Source: Actinomycetota bacterium (GTDB lineage: Bacteria; Actinomycetota; Actinomycetes; Nanopelagicales; Nanopelagicaceae). Taken from it: a stretch of DNA of 64,000 nt. The first letter of the stretch is position 1. Each line of letters begins with the position of its first letter. The translations under genes were made by a program, and so were the position numbers. The stretch is taken from the NCBI GenBank assembly GCA_041161815.1, contig JBEATV010000002.1, forward strand, positions 2,622 through 66,621, read 5' to 3'. The notes under the pieces are model-generated. The model had not been told where the DNA came from. It made no database searches and was given only the letters and a program-made list of their open reading frames with translations. Positions 1 through 10,557 of the stretch are shown here, one piece after another.

Positions 1-1260
1 TTCGTGACCATCAACGGCCACATGACGCTCAATTCGCTGCCAGAAGAACCACCAGACAGGTGAGCCAACCAGAATTAAAGTAACTGCAACCAGCAAGGTA
101 TTTGTAGAACTTGCCGTTGAAATAACTTCGCCCGGTGTCACGCTCTCCAAAATTGCAACCATAATCATCATCAAGCCGGCGGCAGCTGCAATCAGGCTTA
201 CCCCTGAGATGATGTATTCATATACTCGTCGAATTTCTCCACGGCCAGATTCTGAAGTGGAGTCCTTACTGAGTTCAGACTCTTCTGCCCGAGCAACTAC
301 GCGCGCGTGATACCACCAGACTGCAAAGCCAGCGACCGCGCTTCCCACCGCACTTGAAGTTTTTCCAAAGTGCTGCGCGGCAAGATTGCTCTCGGTCTCT
401 CCAAAGAACCAGACCAGAGCATCAAAGAGCACAACGCTGCTGGAAACAATGAGAGTGATGAATCCACCAGCGACGCCTGCTAACAGAACATAGGAATACC
501 AGAGCAATTCGCGCTTGAGATTCTCTCCGATTCGCAGCCAATACTGGTACCAAACAGGTAAGCCAACAATGATGAGAATAATTGCTTCAACCGAAGGGTT
601 AGTCCGCTCTAGAAGTATGGACTTGTCATCGGTACTCAGTGCTAGACGTGCAACGCTGGCTACGAGATTGCCAACACCGACGCTCAATACACCAAGACCA
701 ATCAGTGATCCCACAATGTAATGCGCGCGTGACTCATCTTCGCGGCTCGTTGCGTCAATCAATTGCCAATGAACAATCCAGACCAATCCCCACACAAGGA
801 ATCGTGAGAGCTTCTGGCCACTGAAGTTGTCATTTCCCAACGCCCACAACAAAACTCCATACGCGGCCGTCATCGAAGTAATCAAAGCAGTCACAGAGAC
901 AACACTTAAATATGCATTCCACGCAACAGAGTGACGTTCTGATGGATCTTCTGCCAGCGTCTTTTTTGTCCATCGTCCAACCGCGAGATAGAGAGGGATT
1001 CCGACGAGTGCGAAAGTTATATCTCGCGCCAAATCAGTCCGACTCTCAGCGATAACTTGTCCCGAATCAAAGAGACGCCCGATTAAACCTGAGACGCCCG
1101 ATACTGAAACAGCCAAGAGTCCGAAGAGCAACGCATATTGAAAGAGCCTACGAATCGAGAATGTGCTGGGTGCGCCTTGTGAATCACGGCTAAAAAGTTT
1201 CTTTGCAACGACAATGATGATTACCAAAAAGGCAATCGGAATAAGAAATCCAAAAATCAC
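1..1260 (-). CDS. polytopic integral membrane protein, function unknown (partial; C-terminus lies beyond the left window edge)
   Basis: I spot-checked about a third of the minus-strand frame codon by codon and skimmed the rest. It appears open for all 420 codons, from a GTG at 1260 to base 1 ([23 protein letters not shown]...WWYHARVVARAEE...PVWWFFWQRIERH). It has many hydrophobic helices. The GTG overlaps the TGA stop of the upstream ORF (GTGA). It is absent from the ORF track because it has no stop inside the window. Confidence 0.6.
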   Translation of the reverse strand, partial: MIFGFLIPIAFLVIIIVVAKKLFSRDSQGAPSTFSIRRLFQYALLFGLLAVSVSGVSGLIGRLFDSGQVIAESRTDLARDITFALVGIPLYLAVGRWTKKTLAEDPSERHSVAWNAYLSVVSVTALITSMTAAYGVLLWALGNDNFSGQKLSRFLVWGLVWIVHWQLIDATSREDESRAHYIVGSLIGLGVLSVGVGNLVASVARLALSTDDKSILLERTNPSVEAIILIIVGLPVWYQYWLRIGENLKRELLWYSYVLLAGVAGGFITLIVSSSVVLFDALVWFFGETESNLAAQHFGKTSSAVGSAVAGFAVWWYHARVVARAEESELSKDSTSESGRGEIRRVYEYIISGVSLIAAAAGLMMIMVAILESVTPGEVISTASSTNTLLVAVTLILVGSPVWWFFWQRIERHVAVDGHE

Positions 1261-1775
1261 TTTGTAGGCTCCTCACATGAGTAAAGAGGCCACGGAATTC
1301 CAAGAATTCGCCAGCTTCCGCCCTCTCGAGCAAGGCGATAGTTATGTGATTCAACGTAGTAATCATCAAATGGTCCACCCGATGAAATATCAACAGTGAT
1401 TTCGATAAATGCTTTGTCTCCCGTGACTTCTGTGTCTGCGAGATTCACTCGGACTGTTTCAGGCATCCAGCTGCGATCAATATCTGAGGCATCGCATGTC
1501 GTCGTTGAAGAGAAATATCCAGCCGCATCTTCACTCTTGCCCTCAATAACGGCTTTGAGGAAGAGTTGAACTACCCCTTCAGGAGAAGTGGCTGATAGCT
1601 CCTTAATCTCCTTTGATGAGGAAAGAAGCGCTGCAACCGCCGCCAAGACAAGGGTAAAACTGACTATTACAGCCAATATGCGATTTGAAGAGCGACGTGC
1701 ATCAAGAGGCGCATCAACGGGATTCTCAGGCATGCTTAAAGTATCTCCTACTTCCCTTAATTTACATCGCGTCAA
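1257..1775 (-). CDS. membrane-anchored hypothetical protein (single N-terminal TM helix plus small extracytoplasmic domain)
   Basis: 172-aa ORF with the TM segment [19 protein letters not shown] followed by a soluble domain. Its stop overlaps the start of the downstream membrane protein. An alternative ATG (MPENPVD) lies at 1733. Confidence 0.5.
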   Translation of the reverse strand: MTRCKLREVGDTLSMPENPVDAPLDARRSSNRILAVIVSFTLVLAAVAALLSSSKEIKELSATSPEGVVQLFLKAVIEGKSEDAAGYFSSTTTCDASDIDRSWMPETVRVNLADTEVTGDKAFIEITVDISSGGPFDDYYVESHNYRLAREGGSWRILGIPWPLYSCEEPTK

Positions 1776-1819
1776 GAGCGTATTTGCCTCGTGTAAAGCA
1801 CATTTATTACCATAATTCC

Positions 1820-2719
1820 GTGAGCCTTCAGAAGATCATCTTGTATTACGGTTTTGCGCCGGTTGCTGATCCTGAAGCGCTTCGACTCTGGCAGACAACG
1901 CTCTGTGAGTCTTTACATCTCAAAGGTCGAATTCTGATTTCACATCACGGAATCAATGGAACTTTGGGTGGCAACATGTCTGATCTGAAAAAGTACGTCA
2001 AGAACACTCGACAGTATCCCGGGTTCAAGAAGATTGATTTCAAATGGTCAGATGGAACTGGCGATGACTTTCCACGCCTTAGCGTTAAAGCTCGCAAAGA
2101 ACTCGTCTCCTTTGGAGTTCCTGATGATCTTCGCGTCAATGATTCAGGAATTGTTGGAGGCGGAAAACACCTCAAACCTAAAGAGGTCAACAAGCTGGCT
2201 CAAGAACGCGGTGATGACCTCGTCTTTTTCGATGGAAGAAATGCTTATGAAGCCAAGATTGGTAAGTTCAAAAATGCTGTAGTTCCTGATGTAAGGACGA
2301 CAAAGGACTTTATTGCAGAGCTTGATAGTGGAAAGTACGACCACCTTAAGAACAAAGCGATTGTCACATACTGCACAGGCGGTATTCGTTGCGAAATCTT
2401 GACGACGGTTATGAAACAACGTGGATTTAACGAGGTCTATCAGATTGATGGCGGCATTGTCCGTTATGGTGAAAAATTCGGAGATCAGGGCTTGTGGGAA
2501 GGCTCTCTCTATACCTTTGATGGACGTAAAACTATTGATTTCTCAGAGAGCACTCCGGTCATTGGAAAGTGCGATGCTTGCAGCTCACCAACTAAAACTT
2601 TCCATAATTGCGCTAGCCCCTCGTGCCACAAGCAATACCTACTCTGCGATATCTGTTCTAATGATGCAAAAAATTTGCAGTGCACACATGAAGAAATCGC
2701 GGAATCCGCTCGGGTCTAG
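1820..2719 (+). CDS. trhO: rhodanese-domain tRNA uridine(34) hydroxylase, TrhO/YceA (UPF0176) family
   Basis: The N-terminus [20 protein letters not shown]...[16 protein letters not shown] is typical of UPF0176. It has a rhodanese active-site loop (YCTGGIRCE) and a Cys-rich C-terminus. I prefer the in-frame GTG at 1820 over the track start at 1685, because that removes the overlap with the divergent gene. Confidence 0.8.
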   Translation: MSLQKIILYYGFAPVADPEALRLWQTTLCESLHLKGRILISHHGINGTLGGNMSDLKKYVKNTRQYPGFKKIDFKWSDGTGDDFPRLSVKARKELVSFGVPDDLRVNDSGIVGGGKHLKPKEVNKLAQERGDDLVFFDGRNAYEAKIGKFKNAVVPDVRTTKDFIAELDSGKYDHLKNKAIVTYCTGGIRCEILTTVMKQRGFNEVYQIDGGIVRYGEKFGDQGLWEGSLYTFDGRKTIDFSESTPVIGKCDACSSPTKTFHNCASPSCHKQYLLCDICSNDAKNLQCTHEEIAESARV

Positions 2720-2782
2720 ATTTCTAGCTAATTGCAAGAATTTCTAATTAATTGGCATGAGTTCAAAGTGAAGGTTTGATTT

Positions 2783-3250
2783 CTACTTAATGGGCATGCC
2801 CGTGGACCAAGGAAATTCAATCCACTTATCTGTCTTGCGCCATACGTAATCAGGTTTCACAACGCTGCGGGGTTTTTCATAGAGAACCGCGGTGCGCGTC
2901 TCTTTTACAGTCCCCCGCCAGAACTCTTCAACTAAACGGAGCGTTTCTCCTGAATCAGCGACATCATCTGCGATCAAGACAGTCGCTCCATGCAGATCTA
3001 CCTTATTTGGAACTGGTGGAAGCACGACGGGCATTGGAAGACGCTCTTCTACACCGGTATAGAACTCAACGCTCATCGTGAACGAATTCTTGACTCCTAA
3101 TGCGTAACCCAAGGCAGCGCCAAGAAAGAAGCCGCCTCGCGCTATCGATAAGACTATTTCTGGTTTGAACTCACTTTTCTTGATTTGATAGGCGAGATCA
3201 AGGACTGCATCGCCAAATTGAGAGTAGGTCAGGTGCTCGCGCTCGCTCAT
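2783..3250 (-). CDS. purine (xanthine/hypoxanthine-guanine type) phosphoribosyltransferase family protein
   Basis: 155 aa with the PRPP-binding motif VLIADDVADSGETL. Size and layout resemble Gpt-type PRTases. Confidence 0.75.
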   Translation of the reverse strand: MSEREHLTYSQFGDAVLDLAYQIKKSEFKPEIVLSIARGGFFLGAALGYALGVKNSFTMSVEFYTGVEERLPMPVVLPPVPNKVDLHGATVLIADDVADSGETLRLVEEFWRGTVKETRTAVLYEKPRSVVKPDYVWRKTDKWIEFPWSTGMPIK

Positions 3251-3272
3251 GCGATGATTCTAGACTTCAACT

Positions 3273-4088
3273 ATGGCCAAGGCGCGAGTGACGAAGCAGA
3301 GCAAGTCGCGTCGTCCGCTGAAAGTTAGCGACCATAAATACTCGCGTGGAGTTGTGGCGATTATCGCGGGATCCAAAAAGTACCCTGGAGCTGGAGTTCT
3401 TACGGTCGGCGGCGCTCGTCGAGGCGGCGTTGGTTACGTTAAATACATCAATAAGAACTCTGAAGCCACATTGCTTGTTCTTCAACAATTCCCTGACGTT
3501 GTTCCAATTAATGATCTTCATAATGAACGAGTTGATGCTCTTGTAGTTGGGCCTGGAGCAACCACAATTAAGGCGTTACCTGCAGCGATTCCTGTAGTTC
3601 TTGATAGCGGCGCTTTATCTCTAGCCCGGGAATCAAGAACACGGAGAGATCCCAATCAGATAATTGTTGTCACACCGCATGAAGGAGAACTGAAGAACCT
3701 CGGATTTTCCATAGCGGAGAACGCGGCCCTCACTTCACCCTTGAATGAGGCTCGAGATCAAGCAAGAATCGAAACCGCCCAAAGAATTGCAGATCAGTTA
3801 AATGTGATTGTGGTTCTTAAGGGTCATCGAACAGTGATTGCAGCTCCTCACTGCACACCAACAATCGACACTCTCGGCGGCCCAGAACTTGCCGTCGCAG
3901 GTTCAGGAGACATATTGGCGGGGTTGATAGGTGCATTTCTTGCTAGTTGGAAGCCAACCAACTTTCAAGAGGCGCAGAACACAGTCTTGGCAGCCGTTCA
4001 ATTACATTCACAAGCAGGAAATCACGCAGCGAAATCTCACTCTGCAGTTGTTGCAACAGACATTCTTGAGTCCTTGGCACACTGCTGA
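3273..4088 (+). CDS. nnrD: ADP-dependent NAD(P)H-hydrate dehydratase (YjeF C-terminal domain only)
   Basis: Motifs DHKYSRGVVAIIAGSKKYPGAGVL and AGSGDILAGLIGAFLA are characteristic of the carbohydrate-kinase-like Nnr dehydratase. Confidence 0.8.
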   Translation: MAKARVTKQSKSRRPLKVSDHKYSRGVVAIIAGSKKYPGAGVLTVGGARRGGVGYVKYINKNSEATLLVLQQFPDVVPINDLHNERVDALVVGPGATTIKALPAAIPVVLDSGALSLARESRTRRDPNQIIVVTPHEGELKNLGFSIAENAALTSPLNEARDQARIETAQRIADQLNVIVVLKGHRTVIAAPHCTPTIDTLGGPELAVAGSGDILAGLIGAFLASWKPTNFQEAQNTVLAAVQLHSQAGNHAAKSHSAVVATDILESLAHC

Positions 4089-4100
4089 TTAGATAGGCGC

Positions 4101-5459
4101 ATGTCAGAGTTCATCCCTAACCCTGCTCGCGGTAAAGAAGTCTTCGACTTAGATCGCAAATATGTATTCCACTCTTGGTCTGCACAATCTCAGATCTCAC
4201 CGCTTCCTGTTGCAACTGGTCAAGGCTCATACTTTTGGGACTTTGATGGCAAGAAGTATTTAGATTTTTCCTGTCAGCTAGTCTTCACCAATATTGGTTT
4301 CCAGCATCCCAAAGTTATTGATGCAATCAAGAAACAAGCTGATCTACTCTCAACTGTTGCGCCACAAGTTGCAAATGATGCTCGCGGAGAAGCTGCAAAG
4401 CGCATAGTTGAACTTGCTAGCCCACGTCATGAGAAAGTCTTTTTCACTAATGGCGGCGCTGACGGAATTGAAAATGCGATTCGTATGGCAAGGCTGCACA
4501 CCAATCGCCACAAAATTCTCTCTTTCTATCGCTCGTATCATGGCAATACAGCTTCAGCTATCTCAGCAACAGGTGACCCTCGACGTTGGCCCAATGAATT
4601 CGCATATGGCCACGTACATTTCTTTGGTCCGTATGCATATCGCAGCGCGTTCTGGTCAAAGTCTGAAGAGGAAGAGTGCCAACGCGCCCTCGAGCATCTC
4701 GAATCCGTCATCACTTTTGAGGGCCCACAAACAATCGCTGCCATCTTGATTGAATCTGTTGTTGGCACTGCAGGCGTCTTGATTCCACCAGCCGGGTACT
4801 TGGAAGGTGTGCGTGCGCTCTGCGACAAGTATGGAATTCTCTGGATTGCGGATGAAGTCATGTCTGGTTTTGGCCGTACTGGTAAGTGGTTTGCCTACCA
4901 ACATTCTTCTGCCGAGCCTGATCTCATCGTTTTCGCAAAGGGCGTGAACTCCGGTTACGTGCCGCTTGGTGGCGTAGTTATTTCGCAGGCTGTTTCACAG
5001 ACATTTAACGAACGAGTATTCCCAGGTGGGCTCACTTATTCAGGCCATCCACTCGCATGCGCAGCAGCAGTTGCCACTATTGATGTCATGAAGGAAGAGA
5101 AAATCGTTGAACACGCGGCAACATTGGGCGAACGCATTATTGGTCCAGCTCTACGCGCATTAGCCGAGAAGCATCCGGTTATCGGAGAAGTACGTGGATT
5201 GGGCGTTTTCTGGGCGCTCGATCTTGTGAAAGATCGCGTGACCCGCGAACCGCTCGCGCCATATGCCGGCACAAGTCCCGCGATGGGCGAATTAGTTAAC
5301 GAATGCAAGAAACTTGGTCTGATGCCATTTACTAACTTCAATCGCATGCATGTAGTCCCACCGTGCAATATCACTGAAGCTGAATTCAATGAGGGTTTAG
5401 CGATTCTCGATAAAGCATTCTCGGCAATCGGCAAGCATTACACCGGAAGCGCAAAGTAG
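4101..5459 (+). CDS. class III (omega) aminotransferase, beta-alanine/aminoisobutyrate-pyruvate type
   Basis: 452 aa with class-III PLP aminotransferase hallmarks (FTNGGADGIENAIRMAR, ADEVMSGFGRTGKWFA). It sits immediately upstream of mmsA. Confidence 0.85.
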   Translation: MSEFIPNPARGKEVFDLDRKYVFHSWSAQSQISPLPVATGQGSYFWDFDGKKYLDFSCQLVFTNIGFQHPKVIDAIKKQADLLSTVAPQVANDARGEAAKRIVELASPRHEKVFFTNGGADGIENAIRMARLHTNRHKILSFYRSYHGNTASAISATGDPRRWPNEFAYGHVHFFGPYAYRSAFWSKSEEEECQRALEHLESVITFEGPQTIAAILIESVVGTAGVLIPPAGYLEGVRALCDKYGILWIADEVMSGFGRTGKWFAYQHSSAEPDLIVFAKGVNSGYVPLGGVVISQAVSQTFNERVFPGGLTYSGHPLACAAAVATIDVMKEEKIVEHAATLGERIIGPALRALAEKHPVIGEVRGLGVFWALDLVKDRVTREPLAPYAGTSPAMGELVNECKKLGLMPFTNFNRMHVVPPCNITEAEFNEGLAILDKAFSAIGKHYTGSAK

Positions 5460-5463
5460 GATC

Positions 5464-6963
5464 ATGAGCGAGATAAAGCGCATTACTCATCACATTGGTG
5501 GCGCGTATTGGACTGCAGGCGCAGATCGCACTGGCGATGTCTACAATCCCGCAACAGGCAAAGTCACAGGTCAGGTTGAGTTTGCTTCAGTCTCTGTTGT
5601 TGATCACGCAGTTGACGTTGCAACCGCAGCACAAGCCGAGTGGCGAAACGCATCCCTTGCAAAACGAGTTCAAGTTCTCTTTGCGTTCCGTGAAATTCTT
5701 AATGCCCGTAAAGAAGAAGTTGCGAAGTTAATCACCGCGGAACACGGCAAGGTTTTATCTGATGCTTTGGGTGAGGTAACTCGCGGTCTTGAAGTTGTTG
5801 AGTTTGCCTGCGGAATTCCCCATCTCCTTAAAGGCGCTTACTCCGAAGGCGCTTCGACCAGCATCGATGTGTACTCAATGCGCCAACCACTTGGCGTCTG
5901 CGCAATCATCTCGCCCTTCAACTTCCCAGCCATGGTGCCGATGTGGTTCTTCCCCATCGCCATCGCCTCAGGCAACGCAGTCATTATCAAGCCCAGTGAG
6001 AAGGATCCCTCTGCTGTAAATCTCATCGCAGAGTTCTGGAAGGAAGCCGGGCTTCCAGACGGTGTATTTAACGTAGTTCACGGAGATAAAGTCGCAGTAG
6101 ATCGCATTATTGAACACCCAGGTATCGCCTCAATCTCTTTCGTCGGCTCTACTCCAATTGCTCGTTATATATATGAAAATGGCACCAAGAATGGCAAACG
6201 AGTTCAAGCACTTGGTGGAGCAAAAAATCATATGCTCGTTCTGCCTGATGCCGATTTAGATCTCGCAGCCGATGCTGCAGTCAATGCGGGCTTCGGTTCA
6301 GCTGGCGAGCGTTGTATGGCAATTTCTGCATTGGTGGCAGTCGAACCTGTTGCAGATGCTCTCATTGCAAAGATTTCAGAACGCATGAGCACGCTTAAGA
6401 CTGGCGATGGAACACAAGGTTCAGATATGGGACCACTTGTCACGGCTGTACATCGTGACAAAGTCGCCTCGTATGTTGATGCCGGAGTCCGTGAAGGTGC
6501 AAAGCTTGTTGTTGATGGTCGTAATCCGCAAGTCAATGGCGCCGCTGAAGGTTTCTGGTTAGGGCCGACTCTCTTTGACCATGTATCTCCGACAATGAGC
6601 ATTTATTCTGATGAAATCTTCGGTCCAGTTCTCTCGGTCATACGAGTCAAGAGTTACGAAGAAGGCCTTGCCCTTATTAATCGACATCAATATGGCAACG
6701 GAACAGCGATCTTCACAAACGATGGAGGCGCTGCTCGTAGATTCCAGAATGAGGTCCAAGTAGGAATGATTGGAATCAATGTCCCTATCCCGGTACCGAC
6801 CGCGTATTACTCATTTGGTGGGTGGAAGAACTCGCTGTTTGGCGATACCCATGCACATGGAACCGAGGGCGTTCACTTCTTTACTCGCGGCAAAGTGGTG
6901 ACAAGTCGCTGGCTTGATCCTAGCCATGGCGGAATCAATCTCGGATTCCCGCAAAATCGATAG
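5464..6963 (+). CDS. mmsA: CoA-acylating methylmalonate-semialdehyde dehydrogenase
   Basis: 499-aa aldehyde dehydrogenase with the catalytic region FGSAGERCMA and a typical MmsA C-terminus (GINVPIPVP..YYSFGGWKNSLFGD). Confidence 0.85.
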   Translation: MSEIKRITHHIGGAYWTAGADRTGDVYNPATGKVTGQVEFASVSVVDHAVDVATAAQAEWRNASLAKRVQVLFAFREILNARKEEVAKLITAEHGKVLSDALGEVTRGLEVVEFACGIPHLLKGAYSEGASTSIDVYSMRQPLGVCAIISPFNFPAMVPMWFFPIAIASGNAVIIKPSEKDPSAVNLIAEFWKEAGLPDGVFNVVHGDKVAVDRIIEHPGIASISFVGSTPIARYIYENGTKNGKRVQALGGAKNHMLVLPDADLDLAADAAVNAGFGSAGERCMAISALVAVEPVADALIAKISERMSTLKTGDGTQGSDMGPLVTAVHRDKVASYVDAGVREGAKLVVDGRNPQVNGAAEGFWLGPTLFDHVSPTMSIYSDEIFGPVLSVIRVKSYEEGLALINRHQYGNGTAIFTNDGGAARRFQNEVQVGMIGINVPIPVPTAYYSFGGWKNSLFGDTHAHGTEGVHFFTRGKVVTSRWLDPSHGGINLGFPQNR

Positions 6964-7017
6964 CCTCCATCAAATCCACGGATTTTCCGATTTATTGAGC
7001 GTGCATGCTCACTAGTG

Positions 7018-7090
7018 GCTCGCTAAAAACCCCTATTTTTGGCTGTTTTTTACGCTCGCTGAACAAACCCCTATTTTTCGCTGTTTTTTA
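7018..7090. repeat. imperfect tandem duplication (35 nt + 37 nt) spanning the ribH stop codon
   Basis: Both copies share the layout gctcgct-[aaaaa or gaacaaa]-cccctattttt-[g or c]gctgtttttta. Copy 1 is 7018-7052 and copy 2 is 7054-7090. Copy 2 encodes the last ribH codons plus the stop. Confidence 0.6.
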
Positions 7091-7541
7091 GGCGCAATAA
7101 ATCCAGCGCTGCGACCGCAGAATCAAATCCCTTATCTTCTTTGCTTCCCTTTATGCCGCTGCGTGCAATCGCTTGTTCAACGTTATCTACTGTGAGAACA
7201 CCGAATCCGATTGGTTTATTGCGGTTTAGGCTGACCTGCATCACACCATCGGTCACGCCTTGGCAGACATAGTCAAAGTGAGGAGTCTCTCCACGGACTA
7301 CGACGCCAAGAACAACAGCAGCATCGGCGCCTGCATCAAGTGCAAATTGCGCCGCAAGCGGAAGTTCAAAGGAGCCAGGAACATAGATCACAGAATCGAG
7401 TGAAACTTTGGCAGCAGCAAGCGCGCGTTGAGCGCCATCTACCAATGCGTCACAGATCTCTTTATGCCAGCTAGCTGAAATCACTGCGACTTTATATCCG
7501 CTCATATCGGCTAGCTCTATCTGTGGGACTGCTCCTGACAT
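7071..7541 (-). CDS. ribH: 6,7-dimethyl-8-ribityllumazine synthase
   Basis: 156 aa with a typical lumazine synthase sequence (VPGSFELPLAA, GVVVRGETPHFDYV). It is the last gene of the rib operon. Confidence 0.92.
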   Translation of the reverse strand: MSGAVPQIELADMSGYKVAVISASWHKEICDALVDGAQRALAAAKVSLDSVIYVPGSFELPLAAQFALDAGADAAVVLGVVVRGETPHFDYVCQGVTDGVMQVSLNRNKPIGFGVLTVDNVEQAIARSGIKGSKEDKGFDSAVAALDLLRLKNSEK

Positions 7542-8782
7542 TATCTGTGTCCTAGTCTCTCGCGTTTGGTCTCAACGTACTTTTCATTGAAAGCATTGAT
7601 CTCTCCTTGCAGAGTTGATGATGTTGCATCAATTCCTGCAGAAATCAACGTTTGTAGCTTTACTGGGTTATTGGTTAAAAGTGTCACTTTCGTTACGCCA
7701 AGGCTTTTGAGGATATCAACAGCATCATCAAAATCTCGTTCGTCAATCTCATGACCTAGAGCCAAATTCGCTTCAACTGTATCGAGCCCTTGATCCTGCA
7801 ACTCATAGGCTCGAATCTTCTCTGATAAGCCAATTCCACGACCTTCTTGATCGCGTAGGTAAATGACAATTCCTGAGCCGGCACCTTCAATTCTCTCGAG
7901 TGCGCGTTCTAACTGTGATCCACAATCACACCGGAGTGATCCGAGCACATCACCAGTGAGGCATTCCGAGTGAATTCGGATCAAAATTGATTGATTTCCG
8001 CTTATTTCTCCGTACTTTACAACCGCGTGATCCACGCCGGCGCGGCCGCTGAAAGCTGCGATTTTCCAGTCTGCGCTCGTGCCAGCCCCCTGTGTCGATT
8101 GCGGACGTGGCAACTGCGCCCAATGGGTGATTGATGAGGTTGCATTCTGGCTCTTAGAAAGAGTTGTAGATGTTGAATCAACTTCTAGCGCTGCTAGGAG
8201 AGCTGCAATTGTCACAACGGGAATTGATTGGGCACGAGCGAACTCTTGGAGTTCATCTCCGCGCATCATCGAACCATCTTCATTCACGAGCTCGCTAATA
8301 ACTCCGACTTCAACATCTCCGACCATTCTGCACATCTCGACGACCGCTTCAGTATGTCCCTGACGGGCGCGCAAGCCTTGTTCATGCGCAATGAGAGGAA
8401 ATATGTGGCCCGGTCGAATGAAGTCTTCGGCCGTTGCACTGAGATCTGCCAATGTGCGAATTGTGTTGGCACGTTCTTCTGCGCTGATACCAGTCGTAAT
8501 TCCTTGTTTTGCATCAACGGTGACAGTAAATGCCGTGCGCTTCGTATCTTGATTGTTCTTGACCATCAATGGCAGGTGTAGCTGTCGTGAACGCGCCTCT
8601 GTCATTGCAACACAGACGACTCCAGATGTATAGCGAATCATGAATGCCAATTTCTCTGTCGTGGCAGCGCTGGCCAATAAGAAGAGGTCGCCTTCATTTT
8701 CACGCTTCTCATCGTCAGTAACAATCACGAAGCCGCCACTTTTGAAAACTTCTAAAGCGCTCTTGAGCGTTGAATTGGTCAT
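7541..8782 (-). CDS. ribBA: bifunctional 3,4-dihydroxy-2-butanone-4-phosphate synthase / GTP cyclohydrolase II
   Basis: The N-terminal DHBP synthase domain carries DDEKRENEGDL. The C-terminal GCH-II domain carries RIHSECLTGDVLGSLRCDCG. The start overlaps the ribE stop. Confidence 0.92.
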   Translation of the reverse strand: MTNSTLKSALEVFKSGGFVIVTDDEKRENEGDLFLLASAATTEKLAFMIRYTSGVVCVAMTEARSRQLHLPLMVKNNQDTKRTAFTVTVDAKQGITTGISAEERANTIRTLADLSATAEDFIRPGHIFPLIAHEQGLRARQGHTEAVVEMCRMVGDVEVGVISELVNEDGSMMRGDELQEFARAQSIPVVTIAALLAALEVDSTSTTLSKSQNATSSITHWAQLPRPQSTQGAGTSADWKIAAFSGRAGVDHAVVKYGEISGNQSILIRIHSECLTGDVLGSLRCDCGSQLERALERIEGAGSGIVIYLRDQEGRGIGLSEKIRAYELQDQGLDTVEANLALGHEIDERDFDDAVDILKSLGVTKVTLLTNNPVKLQTLISAGIDATSSTLQGEINAFNEKYVETKRERLGHR

Positions 8783-9456
8783 CGTTCTCCACTCTCACTG
8801 CCGCTAGTTCTCTTCGAAAGATCGCTCTTATCTGCGCTGGCGGCGTTGCCCCCGTGGTTACTACTCGCCTTACCCAGAAGGCGCTCAACGTACTTAGCTA
8901 GAACATCCACCTCTATATTGACTCTATTTCCCGCCCGTTTTTCACTCAGAGCTGTCTTTGCCAAGGTTTCTGGAATCAACCAGAGCGTGACCTGGTGAGA
9001 GGAGTCGTCGATCTCGCCCACTGTCAATGAGACGCCATCGATACAAATTGATCCCTGATTGACAACATACTTTGTCAGATGAGCAGGAATTACAACGACA
9101 AATTTCTGCCACTTCTCTCCTGGCTCATTGGAGAGTACTTCACCTACCCCATCAACATGGCCCTGAACGATGTGTCCACCCAGACGCGCATCAGCTCGTG
9201 TTGCAAGTTCGGCGTTTACTCTTGAACCGACTGTGAGTTCTCCAAGATTTGAGAGTTTCAGTGTTTGGATCATGACATCGGCACTTACTGAATTGCCCTC
9301 AATCGCAATGGCAGTAAGGCAGACACCATTGATAGCGATGGAATCACCAATAGATAACTCTCCCGCTAATGCGCTCGAGAATGTAATCACTGAAGATTCA
9401 TTTCGCTTTTCAATAGATGAAATTATCGCAACATCTTGAACTAGACCTGTGAACAT
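8779..9456 (-). CDS. ribE: riboflavin synthase alpha chain
   Basis: It opens with MFTGLVQDV and has duplicated lumazine-binding repeats (GDSIAINGVCLT / GSICIDGVSLT). A Ser/Gly-rich C-terminal tail of about 25 aa is present. Confidence 0.9.
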   Translation of the reverse strand: MFTGLVQDVAIISSIEKRNESSVITFSSALAGELSIGDSIAINGVCLTAIAIEGNSVSADVMIQTLKLSNLGELTVGSRVNAELATRADARLGGHIVQGHVDGVGEVLSNEPGEKWQKFVVVIPAHLTKYVVNQGSICIDGVSLTVGEIDDSSHQVTLWLIPETLAKTALSEKRAGNRVNIEVDVLAKYVERLLGKASSNHGGNAASADKSDLSKRTSGSESGER

Positions 9457-10557
9457 CTAATCTCTACCTCCCTGACTAATTCCACCTTTGAAAATCTCTG
9501 CAAAATCACTCCGTTGTGGAAAGAGTTGAATGCGAAGATCAGGGCCCACATGTGACACTTCGCCAAAACTCATATCAAGCCGCTCGCTCAATGAAGTAAC
9601 TCCGAGATTCTCAACAAAGCTCTTTCCAGCACCTAAAAGAGTGGGGGCTTGATACAAAACAATCTCATCAACAAGATTGGCTTGCACAAGTGCGCTATTG
9701 AAAGTAGATCCAGCTTCAATCATCACTTGATTCCACCCTGCTTGATTGGCGAAATGAACTAGCTCCTGAAGCGAACGAGTTGAGAGATAGCGGGTAGCTG
9801 CCTTCTCGCTATTGATCTGAAAATCCTCAGGAATACTGCGTTCGCCCACGACGACGCGTGTGGGGGCCTTCTGCCGTCCGCTGGGATTTACTCCATTTAC
9901 AAAGCGTGGAGTTAAGTCAGGATTGTCCGCCAAGACGGTCGCTGTGGTGGTCACTATCGCATCTGATTCATTGCGCATTCGAGCTACATCGTTACGTGAA
10001 GCCTCTGAAGTTATCCACTTTGAGGATCCATCGATAGCTGCGACTTTGCCATCGAGAGTTGCGGCAATCTTGCTCACAATCCAGGGGCGACTATGTCTAA
10101 CTTTATGTAGCCAAGCACGATTGGTGAAGGCAACAAACGTCTCTTCGATTCCAGCGATTACTTCGATACCTGCAGCTGCCAGCGCAATAGCGCCGCCAGA
10201 TGCAACGGGATTGGGATCAGATACTGCGAAGACAACGGCAGCAAATCTCTCTGCGATTATTGCAGCGGTACACGGAGGTGTTTTCCCATGGTGGTTACAT
10301 GGCTCAAGAGTCACAACTAGTGTGCAACGAGAAAAATCTATAAATCCTGTTTTCTTGGCAGCTTCTATAGCTGCGATTTCTGCATGTTCTTTTCCAGCAT
10401 GGAACCCTGATGCAACTTCGACTCCATTGGAATCGAGAATGACAGCTCCAACAATCGGATTAGGCGCTGTGAGACCTAGTCCACGCACTGAAAATTTATT
10501 GGCACGCAACATCGCGCGTTGCAATTGCAACTCGCGCGCATCTTTAACGCGCATCAT
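9457..10557 (-). CDS. ribD: bifunctional diaminohydroxyphosphoribosylaminopyrimidine deaminase / 5-amino-6-(5-phosphoribosylamino)uracil reductase
   Basis: It has the CMP/dCMP deaminase zinc motif (HAEIAAI ... PCNHHGKTPPC) followed by a RibD C-terminal reductase domain. It is the first gene after the FMN riboswitch. Confidence 0.9.
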   Translation of the reverse strand: MMRVKDARELQLQRAMLRANKFSVRGLGLTAPNPIVGAVILDSNGVEVASGFHAGKEHAEIAAIEAAKKTGFIDFSRCTLVVTLEPCNHHGKTPPCTAAIIAERFAAVVFAVSDPNPVASGGAIALAAAGIEVIAGIEETFVAFTNRAWLHKVRHSRPWIVSKIAATLDGKVAAIDGSSKWITSEASRNDVARMRNESDAIVTTTATVLADNPDLTPRFVNGVNPSGRQKAPTRVVVGERSIPEDFQINSEKAATRYLSTRSLQELVHFANQAGWNQVMIEAGSTFNSALVQANLVDEIVLYQAPTLLGAGKSFVENLGVTSLSERLDMSFGEVSHVGPDLRIQLFPQRSDFAEIFKGGISQGGRD

